44,917 bases of DNA from an uncultured Gammaproteobacteria bacterium (GTDB lineage Bacteria > Pseudomonadota > Gammaproteobacteria > Magnimaribacterales > D2472), in contig CAYVYQ010000003.1 in assembly GCA_964455855.1 (NCBI GenBank), positions 1 through 44,917 of the forward strand. Direction: 5' to 3'. The translations under genes and the position numbers were made by a program. The notes below the pieces were generated by a model. The model saw only the letters and a list, made by a program, of their open reading frames with translations. It searched no databases and was not told the DNA's origin. Below are positions 30,335 through 41,092 of the stretch, one piece after another. Positions within the stretch are counted from its first letter, which is position 1. Each line of letters starts with the position of its first letter.

Positions 30335-31461
30335 GTTGATTGTATTTGTCTAATAACGGGATTGGCGTATTGCTCTAATAATTTAGATCGAGCGCCTGTC
30401 TCCAATGATTGGACTCTTTGATTCAGTTCGGTTTCTGCCTGAGTAATCTCCTCAGCATCGAATGTCTCTTGAGTAAAATCTAAACCCATTAATTTACATG
30501 CTGCATAATTAGATGCATGCAGTTTGTAGTTTGTAAGTATCGACTGAGATATTTTATTTGAGATCATCTGATAACCATCATCCTCAGCGAATATCATTGG
30601 TTCTGATAAATTAATAGTTACATTGCCTTTGAAACCAGTGATGCCATTGGCAATACTTTTAAGATCCTCATCTTTTTCTTTTAGGTACTCACTATTTGCT
30701 TGCAATAAATCTAATTCCCTAGCTTTCAATTGATCATTAGGATCATATTCATAAGAAATTGACACTGGTACCACTTTTAGAGTGTTGAAATAGTGAGCTT
30801 CATGTTGTGATTTTCTCTTACTGAGATGAATCATTTTTAACAGAGCAGGATCGGTTTCATCAATACCATCTTTTGCCCTGCCCTGTTTTTGAGCAATCCA
30901 TACAGATGTATTATCTTGAAATATACTTTGATGAATAAATTGTGAAGCAAGTGACAAGCCTGAATATATTTCTTTTTTAGTTCCACCAGATCGTTGAATA
31001 ATAAAACTTTTATTTAATCGAAATAGATCTGAAGCCCAGGTTTCTTCCATGAGATTATTGCCGACTGCAATATTGAAGGTCTTAAAACCAGATTTATGTA
31101 GATGAAGAGCAAGCAAAGCTGCATCCAAGGAAATATCTCTATGATTTGAAATATATAGATAATTGTCATTTTTATTTAATCTCTCTAGACCATTTACTTT
31201 GAATGATGCAATGGACTCTTTCACAACCTTTTCCATCAAATCTTTAAATATCATTTGATAGTCATCGATTGTTTGAATGTTTTTTATTTGAGAAGTAAGG
31301 TTTCGTTTAACAAAAAATTTTAAAAAAGGTGCTTTTGAGAGAATTCCTGGAAACTGCAATCCTATTAAAGCCTTTAAAACTGATGAATTATTAGCAAGTG
31401 ACTGAAGAACTTCAGCTACTTCAGCATCAGTGTAAGGTCTAATGTTTTTAAAGGGATCCAT
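30331..31461 (-). CDS. Glycerolipid acyltransferase (LPLAT)
   Basis: NHRDISLD (HX4D), GNNL, WIAQKQGRAKDG, PVSISYEYDP. Confidence 0.9.
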   Translation of the reverse strand: MDPFKNIRPYTDAEVAEVLQSLANNSSVLKALIGLQFPGILSKAPFLKFFVKRNLTSQIKNIQTIDDYQMIFKDLMEKVVKESIASFKVNGLERLNKNDNYLYISNHRDISLDAALLALHLHKSGFKTFNIAVGNNLMEETWASDLFRLNKSFIIQRSGGTKKEIYSGLSLASQFIHQSIFQDNTSVWIAQKQGRAKDGIDETDPALLKMIHLSKRKSQHEAHYFNTLKVVPVSISYEYDPNDQLKARELDLLQANSEYLKEKDEDLKSIANGITGFKGNVTINLSEPMIFAEDDGYQMISNKISQSILTNYKLHASNYAACKLMGLDFTQETFDAEEITQAETELNQRVQSLETGARSKLLEQYANPVIRQIQST

Positions 31462-31465
31462 TGCA

Positions 31466-32755
31466 TTAAGCTAGAAGCTGGATCATGACTCCTGCCGCAA
31501 CTGCAGAACCAATTACTCCAGCTACGTTTGGACCCATAGCATGCATGAGTAAAAAGTTTTGAGAATCATTTTCAAGACCTACTTTATTGACAACTCTTGC
31601 AGCCATTGGGACTGCTGAAACGCCAGCAGCACCAATCAGAGGATTGATTTTATTGGAGCTCAAAATATTCATTAGTTTTGCCATTAAAACACCTGAAGCT
31701 GTTCCGATTGAGAAAGCTATTATTCCCAGCGACAATATTCCCAGGGTTTCAGGAGTAAGGAATTGATCAGCGGCTAGTTTTGATCCAACGGCTAAGCCTA
31801 AAAAGATTGTTACTATGTTAATAAGTGAGTTTTGAACAACTTCACTTAATCTCTCAACAACCAAAGACTCCCTCATTAAATTTCCAAAACAGAACATACC
31901 TATAAGCGGCGCTGCACTGGGTAACATCATGCCAACTAGAAAAACCAAGATGATAGGAAAAATTATTTTTTCTTTTTGGGAAACTTCTCTTAATTGGACC
32001 ATTTTGATGGTTCTTTCAGTTTTGGTGGTCAAGAGCCTCATGATTGGAGGCTGTATCAAAGGCACTAATGCCATGTATGAGTAGGCTGCAACAGCAATTG
32101 CCCCCAAAAGCTCGGGAGCTAATATTGAAGAAACGTAAATTGCAGTTGGGCCATCTGCTCCTCCAATAATTCCAGTTGCAGCAGCTTGCTTTAAGGTGAA
32201 GGAAACAACTCCCAGCTCATTTAAAAGCAAAGCGCCAATTACAGTTGCAAAGATACCAAATTGGGCTGCAGCACCTAGTATTAAAGTTTTGGGATTTGCT
32301 AGCATCGGGCCAAAATCTGTCATAGCTCCTACACCCATAAAAATTACCAAGGGCGCAACCCCAGAACCAATGGCTACTGAGTAAAAAGTATTTAAAATTC
32401 CTGCCTTATATCCAAGCTCTGCAGCGTATTCATTTAATAGCCATAACTGAGAATGAGAAGCTGTTTTAAGAAAAGTAGTTAAGGATTCAGCATCACCAAG
32501 CGCGACCAAACTCAACGCTCCGGCTAATTCCTCTGAATTTGAAAAATAAATTAACTTCTCTATTGGGCTGAGAGCTAGACCAATTTCAGGTATGTTGGTA
32601 AGTATTGCGCCAAATCCGATAGGCAAAAGTAACAAGGGTTCAAATTTTTTACTGATAGCTAAATACAAAATTAAAAGGCCCACTAAAAGCATAATTGATT
32701 GCCCAAGACTTAAGCTGAAAATACCTAAGCTTGAAAATATAGCTTCAAAATTCAT
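31466..32755 (-). CDS. oadB: Na+-translocating oxaloacetate decarboxylase beta subunit
   Basis: [44 protein letters not shown]. Confidence 0.96.
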   Translation of the reverse strand: MNFEAIFSSLGIFSLSLGQSIMLLVGLLILYLAISKKFEPLLLLPIGFGAILTNIPEIGLALSPIEKLIYFSNSEELAGALSLVALGDAESLTTFLKTASHSQLWLLNEYAAELGYKAGILNTFYSVAIGSGVAPLVIFMGVGAMTDFGPMLANPKTLILGAAAQFGIFATVIGALLLNELGVVSFTLKQAAATGIIGGADGPTAIYVSSILAPELLGAIAVAAYSYMALVPLIQPPIMRLLTTKTERTIKMVQLREVSQKEKIIFPIILVFLVGMMLPSAAPLIGMFCFGNLMRESLVVERLSEVVQNSLINIVTIFLGLAVGSKLAADQFLTPETLGILSLGIIAFSIGTASGVLMAKLMNILSSNKINPLIGAAGVSAVPMAARVVNKVGLENDSQNFLLMHAMGPNVAGVIGSAVAAGVMIQLLA

Positions 32756-34509
32756 TAGTTAATAATTTCAAATAGAGGATTTCCAGGTTTAACTGTATCG
32801 CCAGGCTGAACATATATTTTGCCGATAACTCCAGTTGTGGGAGCTTTTATTTCTGTTTCCATTTTCATGGCTTCTAAAATAAGAACGGTTGAATCCATAG
32901 CAACAGATTCTCCCTCTGAGGCAATCAGTCTAAAGATATTTCCACCCAATGGAGCCTCAATTACTGTTCCAGATCCAGCCGGACTAGCTGGAGAGGATGA
33001 AACTTCTTTCGTTGCTGAGCCATCATTAATTGTTACTGAATTATCTGCCTTTAATGTTACTGAATATTCCTGATCATCAACTGTAACCAAATACGAAGCA
33101 TCGCTTAGCTGAGTAATCTCCATTGGCTCAGACTCAAAGTAGTCTAAATTATCAGCATTCTGTAAATAATTAAGTCCGATTTCTGGAAACATCACATAGA
33201 TGAGTATGTTTTCATCAGAGGCTTCAGCCAAAATAGCTTTATCAGCAATAGCTGTTTTAAAATCTTCTGCAGACGATTGAAAATCTTCATTAAGGAGATC
33301 AGCCGGTCTGCATGTAATTACCGCACTCTCACCGATGGCTTGTTGCTGTAAGTCCTTGTTTACTGGCGCAGGCGTTGCACCATACTCCCCTTTGAGCAGA
33401 GACTTCACCTCATTGGTAATCGTTGAATACCTAGAGCCAGATAATACATTTATTACTGATTGAGTGCCGACTATTTGAGACGTTGGCGTTACCAGTGGTA
33501 TGTAACCTAGCTCCTGTCTAACTTTAGGAATTTCTTGAATAACTTCATCAAACTTATCAATTGAATCCTGCGCTTTAAGTTGATTTTCAAGATTTGTTAA
33601 CATCCCACCAGGAACTTGTGAAGCGATAATTCGAGCATCCACTCCTCTGAGTGAACCTTCAAAATTCTTATATTTCTTTCTAATTGCCTGAAAATGCTCA
33701 GCGATTGGTATTAACTTATCAAGATCTAATTCGGTTTCTCGATTTGTTCCATCAAGAATACTGATCATTGTTTCGGTTGGAGTATGCCCATATGTCATAC
33801 TCATTGAGGAAATTGATGTATCAATATTGTCAAGCCCAGCCTCAATTGCTTTTACACCTGTTGCAACTGAAAAACCTGTAGTTGCATGACAATGGAGGTG
33901 AATAGGAATTTCAAGCTCCTCTTTAAGTCTTGAGACCAACTCAAATGCAACATATGGCTTTAATAAGCCAGCCATATCTTTTATTGCCAGAGAATGAGCG
34001 CCCATATCTTGAATCTTTTTTGCAAGATCTACCCATAAATCAATTGTATGAACAGGGCTGGTTGTATAGGATATTGTGCCCTGAGCATGACCTTCTGCTG
34101 CAATAACAGCTTGTAATGCCTGATGCATATTTCTTGTATCGTTTAAAGCGTCAAATACTCTAAAAACATCAACACCATTCTTTTTTGAGCACTCAACAAA
34201 TTTATTGACCACATCATCTGAGTAATGTTTATAACCCAATAAATTCTGACCTCTTAGGAGCATCTGCTGAGGAGTATTAGGCATCATGGATTTAATTTTT
34301 CGAATTCTTTCCCATGGATCCTCACCCAGGTATCTAATGCATGAATCAAAAATTGCGCCGCCCCATGATTCGACAGACCAGAAACCAACATCATCTAAAT
34401 TCTTTAAGGCAGCTTCCATGTCATGGTATCTAAATCGAGTTGCAAGCAAAGATTGATGAGCGTCTCTTAAAACCACTTCTGTAACGCCAATTTTTTTAGA
34501 TTCTGTCAT
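32755..34509 (-). CDS. oadA: Oxaloacetate decarboxylase alpha subunit
   Basis: [27 protein letters not shown], biotinyl motif EAMKM. Confidence 0.96.
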   Translation of the reverse strand: MTESKKIGVTEVVLRDAHQSLLATRFRYHDMEAALKNLDDVGFWSVESWGGAIFDSCIRYLGEDPWERIRKIKSMMPNTPQQMLLRGQNLLGYKHYSDDVVNKFVECSKKNGVDVFRVFDALNDTRNMHQALQAVIAAEGHAQGTISYTTSPVHTIDLWVDLAKKIQDMGAHSLAIKDMAGLLKPYVAFELVSRLKEELEIPIHLHCHATTGFSVATGVKAIEAGLDNIDTSISSMSMTYGHTPTETMISILDGTNRETELDLDKLIPIAEHFQAIRKKYKNFEGSLRGVDARIIASQVPGGMLTNLENQLKAQDSIDKFDEVIQEIPKVRQELGYIPLVTPTSQIVGTQSVINVLSGSRYSTITNEVKSLLKGEYGATPAPVNKDLQQQAIGESAVITCRPADLLNEDFQSSAEDFKTAIADKAILAEASDENILIYVMFPEIGLNYLQNADNLDYFESEPMEITQLSDASYLVTVDDQEYSVTLKADNSVTINDGSATKEVSSSPASPAGSGTVIEAPLGGNIFRLIASEGESVAMDSTVLILEAMKMETEIKAPTTGVIGKIYVQPGDTVKPGNPLFEIIN

Positions 34510-34742
34510 GCTCTCATGCCTCCAAGAACTTCTTTGATAATCTTATGATGGGTTTCATTCTTAATCTGAACCGATGAGTTGCTAGCATTGTGGCTTAGTC
34601 CATTATCTTGAACGGATGATGAGAAAAATACCCTCAATATATTGACTGAAATAATTAACAACACTAAAAAGGTAAAAACAATAACCATGCCAGTTAAAAG
34701 CAGGTTAATGCCCTCTTGTATCAGGATGTCTTGCTCGATCAT
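34506..34742 (-). CDS. oadG: Oxaloacetate decarboxylase gamma subunit
   Basis: GMVIVFTFLVLLI single TM helix, His-containing tail, overlaps oadA start. Confidence 0.85.
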   Translation of the reverse strand: MIEQDILIQEGINLLLTGMVIVFTFLVLLIISVNILRVFFSSSVQDNGLSHNASNSSVQIKNETHHKIIKEVLGGMRA

Positions 34743-34816
34743 ATTTATCAATATTTGTAATTCAACTATTTGAATTGAACTTAGTGATTTTACACCAATC
34801 TAAGTACAATAATAAA

Positions 34817-35557
34817 ATGAGCATGCATCCTTATTTAAGCCAATCGGGGGTTTCAATTTCCGCTCACAGAGGTGGAAGCGAAGAAGCGCCTGAAAATACC
34901 TTGGAATCCTTTAGTTATGCTATAGAGCTGGGCTCTTCATACATTGAAACAGATGTTCAGTTATCTGCTGATGGAATTCCATATATCTTTCATGATGATG
35001 ATCTAAGCAGACTTTTAAACATGGACGTGACCTTCAATTCTCTTCATAGTGAGCAGATTGACCAATTAAAACTATTTGCATCCTATCAAATTCCAAAACT
35101 GGAAACGGCGCTTACCCAATTTCCGAGTGCACTGTTTCAAATTGATCTTAAAACAGATGAGGTTGTGCTCCCAGCAATGAATGTTATAAAAAACTTGAAT
35201 GCCTTTGATAGAATTTGCATAGCTAGTTTTAGTAGCAACAGACTCCAAAAAGTAAGAGAGGAGTTTCCTGAAACATGTCTCTCGATGGGTCCAAAAGAGA
35301 TTTTAAAACTTTTATTAGCCAGTTTTGGTTTTTACAATCAAAAAGTCCCAGGAGACTGTTTACAAGTTCCCATCTACCACTTCGGCATCAAGCTAGTGAC
35401 CAAAAGATTTGTAAAGTATGTTCAGAGCATTGGTCTGAAAATTCATGTTTGGACAATTAATGATGAAAATACAATGAGAAAATTAATTGATCTTGGTGTG
35501 GATGGAATTATTACCGATAAGCCAAAACTATTAAAAGAGCTCTTGTCTACAAATTAG
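34817..35557 (+). CDS. Glycerophosphodiester phosphodiesterase; start corrected to ATG 34817
   Basis: AHRGG, PENT, IETDV, FHD, VWTIND, GVDGIITD. Confidence 0.93.
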   Translation: MSMHPYLSQSGVSISAHRGGSEEAPENTLESFSYAIELGSSYIETDVQLSADGIPYIFHDDDLSRLLNMDVTFNSLHSEQIDQLKLFASYQIPKLETALTQFPSALFQIDLKTDEVVLPAMNVIKNLNAFDRICIASFSSNRLQKVREEFPETCLSMGPKEILKLLLASFGFYNQKVPGDCLQVPIYHFGIKLVTKRFVKYVQSIGLKIHVWTINDENTMRKLIDLGVDGIITDKPKLLKELLSTN

Positions 35558-36578
35558 CGGCGGGCTTCTCAGCAACAATTCTCCAATTTAAATCAGCGAT
35601 CTTGGCTTTTTCTGCATCTGTCCATGATTGACCGCCGGTTTGTAATAAATCCAAAGACTCTTCTACCCAAGCAGGAATTAATTTTATGCGCTGAAAAAAT
35701 CTAATCACTTTTCTAACTCTTAAAATTAAATCGCGTTTTTGCTCACATATAGGCCATGCAGGGCTCTTAGAGGGAGCTGATAAAAGGATCTTAAACCCAG
35801 CCCTTTCAAGGGCCTTGCATACATCTTCGGGGTACATAGACTGAGTAGCAGCAAGGGTTGGAAGATATTTCTTATGAAGGTTGGCATGCTCCTCATTGGT
35901 CCAATCAAAATATGGTGAAAGCAAGTATTCTGAGCAAGCATACCTTGAGCCAGGCTTTAACACTCTAAACATTTCTTGCGCGCAACTATCTAACTCCTCT
36001 TTTTTAAAGAACGGCCAAACCGCTTGAAATGAAAAGCACCCATCAAAACTTTCTGAATCATATTCCAGAGGCTTATGATGATCGCCAACCTTAAAATGCA
36101 ATCGATCACTCATATTGGTTTCTTTGGCCCAATCATCTGCATTTTCTATCTGATTTGGATCAATGTTGTATCCTGATACTTGGCCACCAGTCAGAGAGGC
36201 AAAATAGTGAGAAATTCTTCCTCTTCCACACCCCATATCTAATAAATGAGATGAATCTGGGCTACTTAAATTTAATTCAGTTAAGAGTGCTTGCTCACAA
36301 AGCAGCTGATTGCCATAAAGGCCGAGTGAGTCATCAAGCTGAGGAGGAATATACAGTTTCTCTAAATCAAAAACTGACAGCATATTGTTTAAAACTTTGT
36401 AGTAAGCAGCAACAGCTTTTGTTTCATCCTCTGTTTGGGTTTTTACACCATCCTGCATACTCTGAAAAAATTTATATGCATCAATACAAGCTTGCTTATC
36501 TTCCTTTGATAAAGTGATCAGTCTTTTGATGCCAATAAAAGATGTTTTAATTCTGTACCAATTCATAAAATAAATCAT
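35547..36578 (-). CDS. Class I SAM-dependent methyltransferase (sterol/lipid methyltransferase-like)
   Basis: LLDMGCGRG, SFDG, FRVLKPG; start 36578 or 36566. Confidence 0.85.
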   Translation of the reverse strand: MIYFMNWYRIKTSFIGIKRLITLSKEDKQACIDAYKFFQSMQDGVKTQTEDETKAVAAYYKVLNNMLSVFDLEKLYIPPQLDDSLGLYGNQLLCEQALLTELNLSSPDSSHLLDMGCGRGRISHYFASLTGGQVSGYNIDPNQIENADDWAKETNMSDRLHFKVGDHHKPLEYDSESFDGCFSFQAVWPFFKKEELDSCAQEMFRVLKPGSRYACSEYLLSPYFDWTNEEHANLHKKYLPTLAATQSMYPEDVCKALERAGFKILLSAPSKSPAWPICEQKRDLILRVRKVIRFFQRIKLIPAWVEESLDLLQTGGQSWTDAEKAKIADLNWRIVAEKPAANL

Positions 36579-36622
36579 ACACCTAAAAAATCAATCAAGT
36601 TTAGAAAGTAAATTTTATTTAA

Positions 36623-36862
36623 CTAGGCAGATCGATGCTTTTTTACTTCATTAAAAATATCTTTTATGTCATTTAACGATAAAGGTTTTGAAGTTTTTAG
36701 AATTTTAGATATCTTGTAAAAAGGACTAAGTTTTATTAGGTCTTCATGAACCTTATTAACTTGTGCATTGATATGATTTAGATACTCAGGAGTGGTTTCA
36801 CCCTCTTTCTGATCTCTTATTTTAGGCAAGTTTTTCTTGAGGACTTCAGATATATCTTCCAT
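36623..36862 (-). CDS. Hypothetical protein, 79 aa; start corrected to ATG 36862
   Basis: ATG overlaps upstream TAA (TAATG coupling). Confidence 0.55.
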   Translation of the reverse strand: MEDISEVLKKNLPKIRDQKEGETTPEYLNHINAQVNKVHEDLIKLSPFYKISKILKTSKPLSLNDIKDIFNEVKKHRSA

Positions 36863-37050
36863 TAATTTTGAAGAAATTTCGAAAAAATTTTTCTTGCAAA
36901 AATATACATTGGAATAATGATGCATGAGGTGATAAAGACCTCTAACCAAGTATTGAATTGTAAAAGATTTCGAATGAAGCCTGCTAAAAATAAACTTACC
37001 AAGCCCAATAAACTATAAAGAATAATTGAGTTACGACTGAAGAGATTCAT
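36862..37050 (-). CDS. Small two-helix membrane protein
   Basis: 62 aa, two hydrophobic segments, coupled to both neighbours. Confidence 0.6.
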   Translation of the reverse strand: MNLFSRNSIILYSLLGLVSLFLAGFIRNLLQFNTWLEVFITSCIIIPMYIFARKIFSKFLQN

Positions 37051-38287
37051 TGGTACTTTTAACCTTTAAAAGAATTATGGCGCCCATGATAAACAGTGCA
37101 GCAATAGGTATCAAGCCATATCTTGTATCTTGAAAAAAAGTAACAAAAATTGCAACGAGTGCTGGTCCCATGAATGCGCCAGCACGCCCAAACATATTAT
37201 AAAATCCAAAATATTCACCAGATTCATCTTGCGGTATCAAGGTTGCATAATAACTTCTTGAGATCGATTGAATGCCGCCTTGAATGGCCCCAACCATTGA
37301 AGCAAGAATATAAAACTCGATAGCATTTGAAAGAAATGCAGAGTATCCAATCACAATGAGGTAAAGAGAGATTGTAAAGAGCAAAGTATTTTTATCACCA
37401 AATTTATAAGCAAACTTTGACCATAACAAAGTGGTCGGAAAAGCTACAAATTGTACTAAGATCAGCGCAATGATTACGTCGCTGCTAGGCAAGCCTAGAT
37501 TTAAGGCAAAATCAGCTGCCATTGCCATGATTGTATGAACGCCATCAATGTATAGAAAAAAGGCTAATAAAAATATAAACACATTTTTCTTTGCTGAAAC
37601 CGTCTTTAAGGTATTGAATACTTTGGTATAAGCAAGCTTAAAATGAGAGCCAGGAAGATTTGCTCCTTTATCTTGAATTTTTAAAAGAATAGGAATCAAA
37701 AATAAAGTCCACCAAACGGAGACACTTAAAAAAGACCATCTAACGGCATCGGCGACACTGGAAAGTCCAAAAAACTCAGGTTTAATTGTCATGGCTGCAT
37801 TGATAAGGAATAGTAAACCTCCGCCAAGATAGCCGAATGCAAAACCATAACTAGATATTCGAGCGATGTTACTTTCATTTGAAACTTGAACCAGCATCTT
37901 ATCGTATAAAGTGTTGCCGGCTGCAAAGCAATAATTTGCAATACCAAAAAATATTAAAGCCTGAAGCCATGAGCCTGCTGGAATAAAATACAACACAGCA
38001 ACAGAAATAATAGATATCGCCCCAAACCCGGTAAATAATATTTTTGTTGTTCTGGAGACATCAGTTAACGCGCCAATGAATGGCGAAGTAAACAAGAGAA
38101 CAAGATTAGAAATTGTTAAACCCCAACCAAGATAGGCGGTTTTAACTTCAGCTTCGAGTCCAGATGCCCAGAAATCATTAAAAAAAATTGGGAAAAAGGC
38201 AGCAATTACAGTTGTGGCAAAAGCAGAATTTCCTCCGTCATAAAGAATCCATGCCTTGGCCTCTGCTGAAAGTTTAGCTTTGCTCAT
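37031..38287 (-). CDS. MFS transporter, UMF1/Atg22-like
   Basis: AWILYDGGNSAF, GFAFGYLGGG, SISRSYYA, EYFGFY; start MSKAK at 38287. Confidence 0.9.
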   Translation of the reverse strand: MSKAKLSAEAKAWILYDGGNSAFATTVIAAFFPIFFNDFWASGLEAEVKTAYLGWGLTISNLVLLFTSPFIGALTDVSRTTKILFTGFGAISIISVAVLYFIPAGSWLQALIFFGIANYCFAAGNTLYDKMLVQVSNESNIARISSYGFAFGYLGGGLLFLINAAMTIKPEFFGLSSVADAVRWSFLSVSVWWTLFLIPILLKIQDKGANLPGSHFKLAYTKVFNTLKTVSAKKNVFIFLLAFFLYIDGVHTIMAMAADFALNLGLPSSDVIIALILVQFVAFPTTLLWSKFAYKFGDKNTLLFTISLYLIVIGYSAFLSNAIEFYILASMVGAIQGGIQSISRSYYATLIPQDESGEYFGFYNMFGRAGAFMGPALVAIFVTFFQDTRYGLIPIAALFIMGAIILLKVKSTNESLQS

Positions 38288-39299
38288 ACCAGCATTGATT
38301 ATTATCAAGAGATTTTTTAATTAAGCCCCTATAAAACAAGCAATTTAAATGGCCTAAAGATTCTCCAGTTGCCATAATTAGATTGGTATCATCTATTTCC
38401 CTTTTGAATAAGACGTCAAAAACATCAACGGCTCGCTTTGGAGTTTTAAGGACAGCATGAAGCTTTTCTAGTGATTGCTCATGATGATTGATGAGAGTAT
38501 TTAATCTTTTATGCGCACCAATAAAAGGTCTTCCATGGGCAGGCAAAACCAAAACATCTTCAGGTAATTTTTCAATCAGTTTATGACAAGAAGAAATCCA
38601 ATCCTCCACTGGGTTCGCAGCAGGTTCTGTAGGAAAAGTGCCAACGTGTGAGCTGATAGTTGGCAACAATTGATCGCCACTTATGAACATATTTAATTCC
38701 TTGGAAAAGAAACATAAGTGCTCCATTGTGTGCCCTCGTCCTTCTATAGCCACCCAATCAATCCCATTGACTTGAATAACATCATCCTCTTTGAGTCGAT
38801 TATATGATTGAGGTAAAGGGTGAATAATGGACCCAAAAAAACCAAATCTTTCTGTAAAGGCTTTGATCTGCCCTTCTGTCATTCCAGCTTGAGTATAAAA
38901 ATCTATCGCTTCATGAGGAACGTTGTCACCCGTATCTGCTGATAACATTCGACACTGGAGATAATCAGTTCTGCTCATACTGAAGGTGGTGTTATATTTC
39001 TTTACAAACCAACCAGCCATTCCAATATGGTCTGGATGCATGTGTGTGACCACAACATCTTTTATTGATAGTTTTTCTTGCTCTATCAAATTAACCCAAG
39101 CATTTTTAGTGTCATCAAGATGCATGCCAGTATCAACTAAAGTTAGGTTGTCTTGAGTGCCTAGACCCCAGAGATTTATGTGATTCAAAGACATAGGCAA
39201 AGGCATTCTAATCCAACGAACATGTTCATTGATGGCGTGCAAAGTTCCCGATTGTGGAACCACATCAAGCGGAAAAGTTAATCTTGTTTCTGAATTCAT
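38274..39299 (-). CDS. MBL-fold metallo-hydrolase
   Basis: VDTG, THMHPDH, GHT, SGDQ, PAHG. Confidence 0.92.
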   Translation of the reverse strand: MNSETRLTFPLDVVPQSGTLHAINEHVRWIRMPLPMSLNHINLWGLGTQDNLTLVDTGMHLDDTKNAWVNLIEQEKLSIKDVVVTHMHPDHIGMAGWFVKKYNTTFSMSRTDYLQCRMLSADTGDNVPHEAIDFYTQAGMTEGQIKAFTERFGFFGSIIHPLPQSYNRLKEDDVIQVNGIDWVAIEGRGHTMEHLCFFSKELNMFISGDQLLPTISSHVGTFPTEPAANPVEDWISSCHKLIEKLPEDVLVLPAHGRPFIGAHKRLNTLINHHEQSLEKLHAVLKTPKRAVDVFDVLFKREIDDTNLIMATGESLGHLNCLFYRGLIKKSLDNNQCWYEQS

Positions 39300-39337
39300 A
39301 ATTGATTATGGAAATATTAGATGGTTATACTAAGCAA

Positions 39338-39439
39338 ATGAATGATGATGCACAAACGATAAAAAGCTTAGGACTATTTGTTTTAGGCATAGGTGGGTTA
39401 GTTTTTGTACTTGGCATTGTAGCTTATTTAATTATTTAA
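39338..39439 (+). CDS. Small membrane protein, 33 aa (not in ORF track)
   Basis: MNDDAQTIKSLGLFVLGIGGLVFVLGIVAYLII; TATACT 6 nt before ATG; fills the intergenic gap. Confidence 0.65.
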   Translation: MNDDAQTIKSLGLFVLGIGGLVFVLGIVAYLII

Positions 39440-40046
39440 CCCTTAACTTTCCAGGCTTTGAGTCTCGACGTAAAGCCTTCAAAAACGAATCAGCCTCCAC
39501 AGGCTCAGCTACGTCGTTATCACGTATATATTCGCTGCTCCAAAACTCTTTCCAAGATGGAAATAAATCATGAAAATATCCTTCATAATTTTCCTGGCCT
39601 GGCCAACGCATTTTTTGATCGCCAAGCGGCGGTTTGTTTAAGTCGGTTGCATACCAATACATCGGCAGTCTTTTTTTAAACAGCCATCTTCCATTAACTC
39701 TCTTATAGGTATCCCAATACAACATTTGCATAATCACCCATTCAGTCTCAGTTTCATGCTCATTCTTTGAATAGACCAATCCAATGGCAGAATCAGGAGA
39801 ATCAAAATCTATAATATGATTTCCAATATGATGCGAGGTGCCAGTGAATTGATCCCTAAATGTTGCATCAGCCCATTCTTTTAATGCTTGCCTGCCAGCG
39901 CCATCTTTTCCGACTCTTACATCGGGGACAAATAAATTAACGTGCATATCTAAATCACGCATGTCTAAAGTAACAGAGTACTTTGCGGCAAGCTGCCTAA
40001 TCTCGTCCAAAGACTCAAGTCTATCTAACCTTTCTTCAATGCTCAT
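39432..40046 (-). CDS. NTF2/SnoaL-like protein (BaiE/LinA-type fold)
   Basis: RLDRLESLDEIRQL..KY...LD, TSHHIGNH, YWDTYKRVNGRWLF. Confidence 0.85.
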   Translation of the reverse strand: MSIEERLDRLESLDEIRQLAAKYSVTLDMRDLDMHVNLFVPDVRVGKDGAGRQALKEWADATFRDQFTGTSHHIGNHIIDFDSPDSAIGLVYSKNEHETETEWVIMQMLYWDTYKRVNGRWLFKKRLPMYWYATDLNKPPLGDQKMRWPGQENYEGYFHDLFPSWKEFWSSEYIRDNDVAEPVEADSFLKALRRDSKPGKLRVK

Positions 40047-40049
40047 TAA

Positions 40050-40388
40050 TTATCCTGGAGGCCACTGCAAAGGTCTGCCGCTTAACAGGTGAAGGTGAAG
40101 ATGAAAAACGCTTTGCCCAGCCTTAGCTCCATTATTTGTAACAAGTCTAAAGGTTTCATCTAACCCAAGGTCCCGAGCGACCTCTCCTGCAACCCACATT
40201 AAATGACCAAGAAGCTCTTTGTCTTCCTCTGATGCATCTGAAAGTTTAGGTATTGGTTTTTTAGGAATAATTAATAAATGTGTAGGGGCCTGCGGATTAA
40301 TGTCTTTAAAGACAAGAGATAGATCATCCTCAAAAATAATATCTGCGGGAATTTCTTTGTTAATAATTTTAGTGAAAAGTGTTTCCAT
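40050..40388 (-). CDS. hinT: Histidine triad nucleotide-binding protein
   Basis: [24 protein letters not shown]. Confidence 0.95.
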   Translation of the reverse strand: METLFTKIINKEIPADIIFEDDLSLVFKDINPQAPTHLLIIPKKPIPKLSDASEEDKELLGHLMWVAGEVARDLGLDETFRLVTNNGAKAGQSVFHLHLHLLSGRPLQWPPG

Positions 40389-40392
40389 AAAT

Positions 40393-40581
40393 CTAAATAA
40401 GAAATCGAATCAATCTAAAACCTACATAAAATACACCAGTAGTGATGCCTAATGCCAAAACAATCAACAGTAAGTCTCTCAGAGATTTTAAAAATTTTCC
40501 TTCAGGGGAATTTTTTAATAGTTGTTGCACTAAAAATAAAAGCGCAACAATGGATAAGAATAATATTATTAATGTAATCAT
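40393..40581 (-). CDS. Small two-helix membrane protein
   Basis: 62 aa, two hydrophobic segments, tightly packed in the operon. Confidence 0.6.
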   Translation of the reverse strand: MITLIILFLSIVALLFLVQQLLKNSPEGKFLKSLRDLLLIVLALGITTGVFYVGFRLIRFLI

Positions 40582-40583
40582 AA

Positions 40584-41090
40584 TTATTTAAATATAGAGC
40601 CTACTGATACCACAAGCAAGGCTAGAGCAATGGCCCATAATGTACAAGCTATGACATCAGCCACATAAAATCTTTTTAACCTTAAATCAGTAATTCCTAG
40701 TAAAAAAGGAACTAAGGGACGTATTGCTGGGATAAATCTTCCAACCAAGACAGTATAGGGACCAAAACGTTCTAAAAATTCTTGGGTTTTATTAATTGGT
40801 TTTTGGCGTTTTTGCATAAACTTTGAGCTTAGAAGGCGTGGACCAATAGATTTTCCAACTAAAAATCCGCATACATCACCCACGTGCGACCCAAGCAAAG
40901 CAATACCGCAGATCCAAGGGAGAGTGAGCAATTCAATGTTGTAAAGGTAAATGCATAGAGAAAAAAGAACAGCGCTTGGCATAAAGCTTCCAGTAATAAT
41001 CATTGATTCCATAAATCCAAAGAAAAAAACGAGCACCCACCCATACTCAGGGTTAGTTTCTAAAAAGAGTTGGATTCTTTCAAAAGACAT
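40584..41090 (-). CDS. DedA family membrane protein
   Basis: FMES...G.FMP, GDVCGF, GRFIPAIR. Confidence 0.9.
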   Translation of the reverse strand: MSFERIQLFLETNPEYGWVLVFFFGFMESMIITGSFMPSAVLFSLCIYLYNIELLTLPWICGIALLGSHVGDVCGFLVGKSIGPRLLSSKFMQKRQKPINKTQEFLERFGPYTVLVGRFIPAIRPLVPFLLGITDLRLKRFYVADVIACTLWAIALALLVVSVGSIFK

Positions 41091-41092
41091 GA

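Noticed and set aside
36863-36949. 5' extension of the 36623-36949 ORF
   Set aside because: Overlaps the upstream 62-aa gene; TAATG coupling at 36862 is the better start
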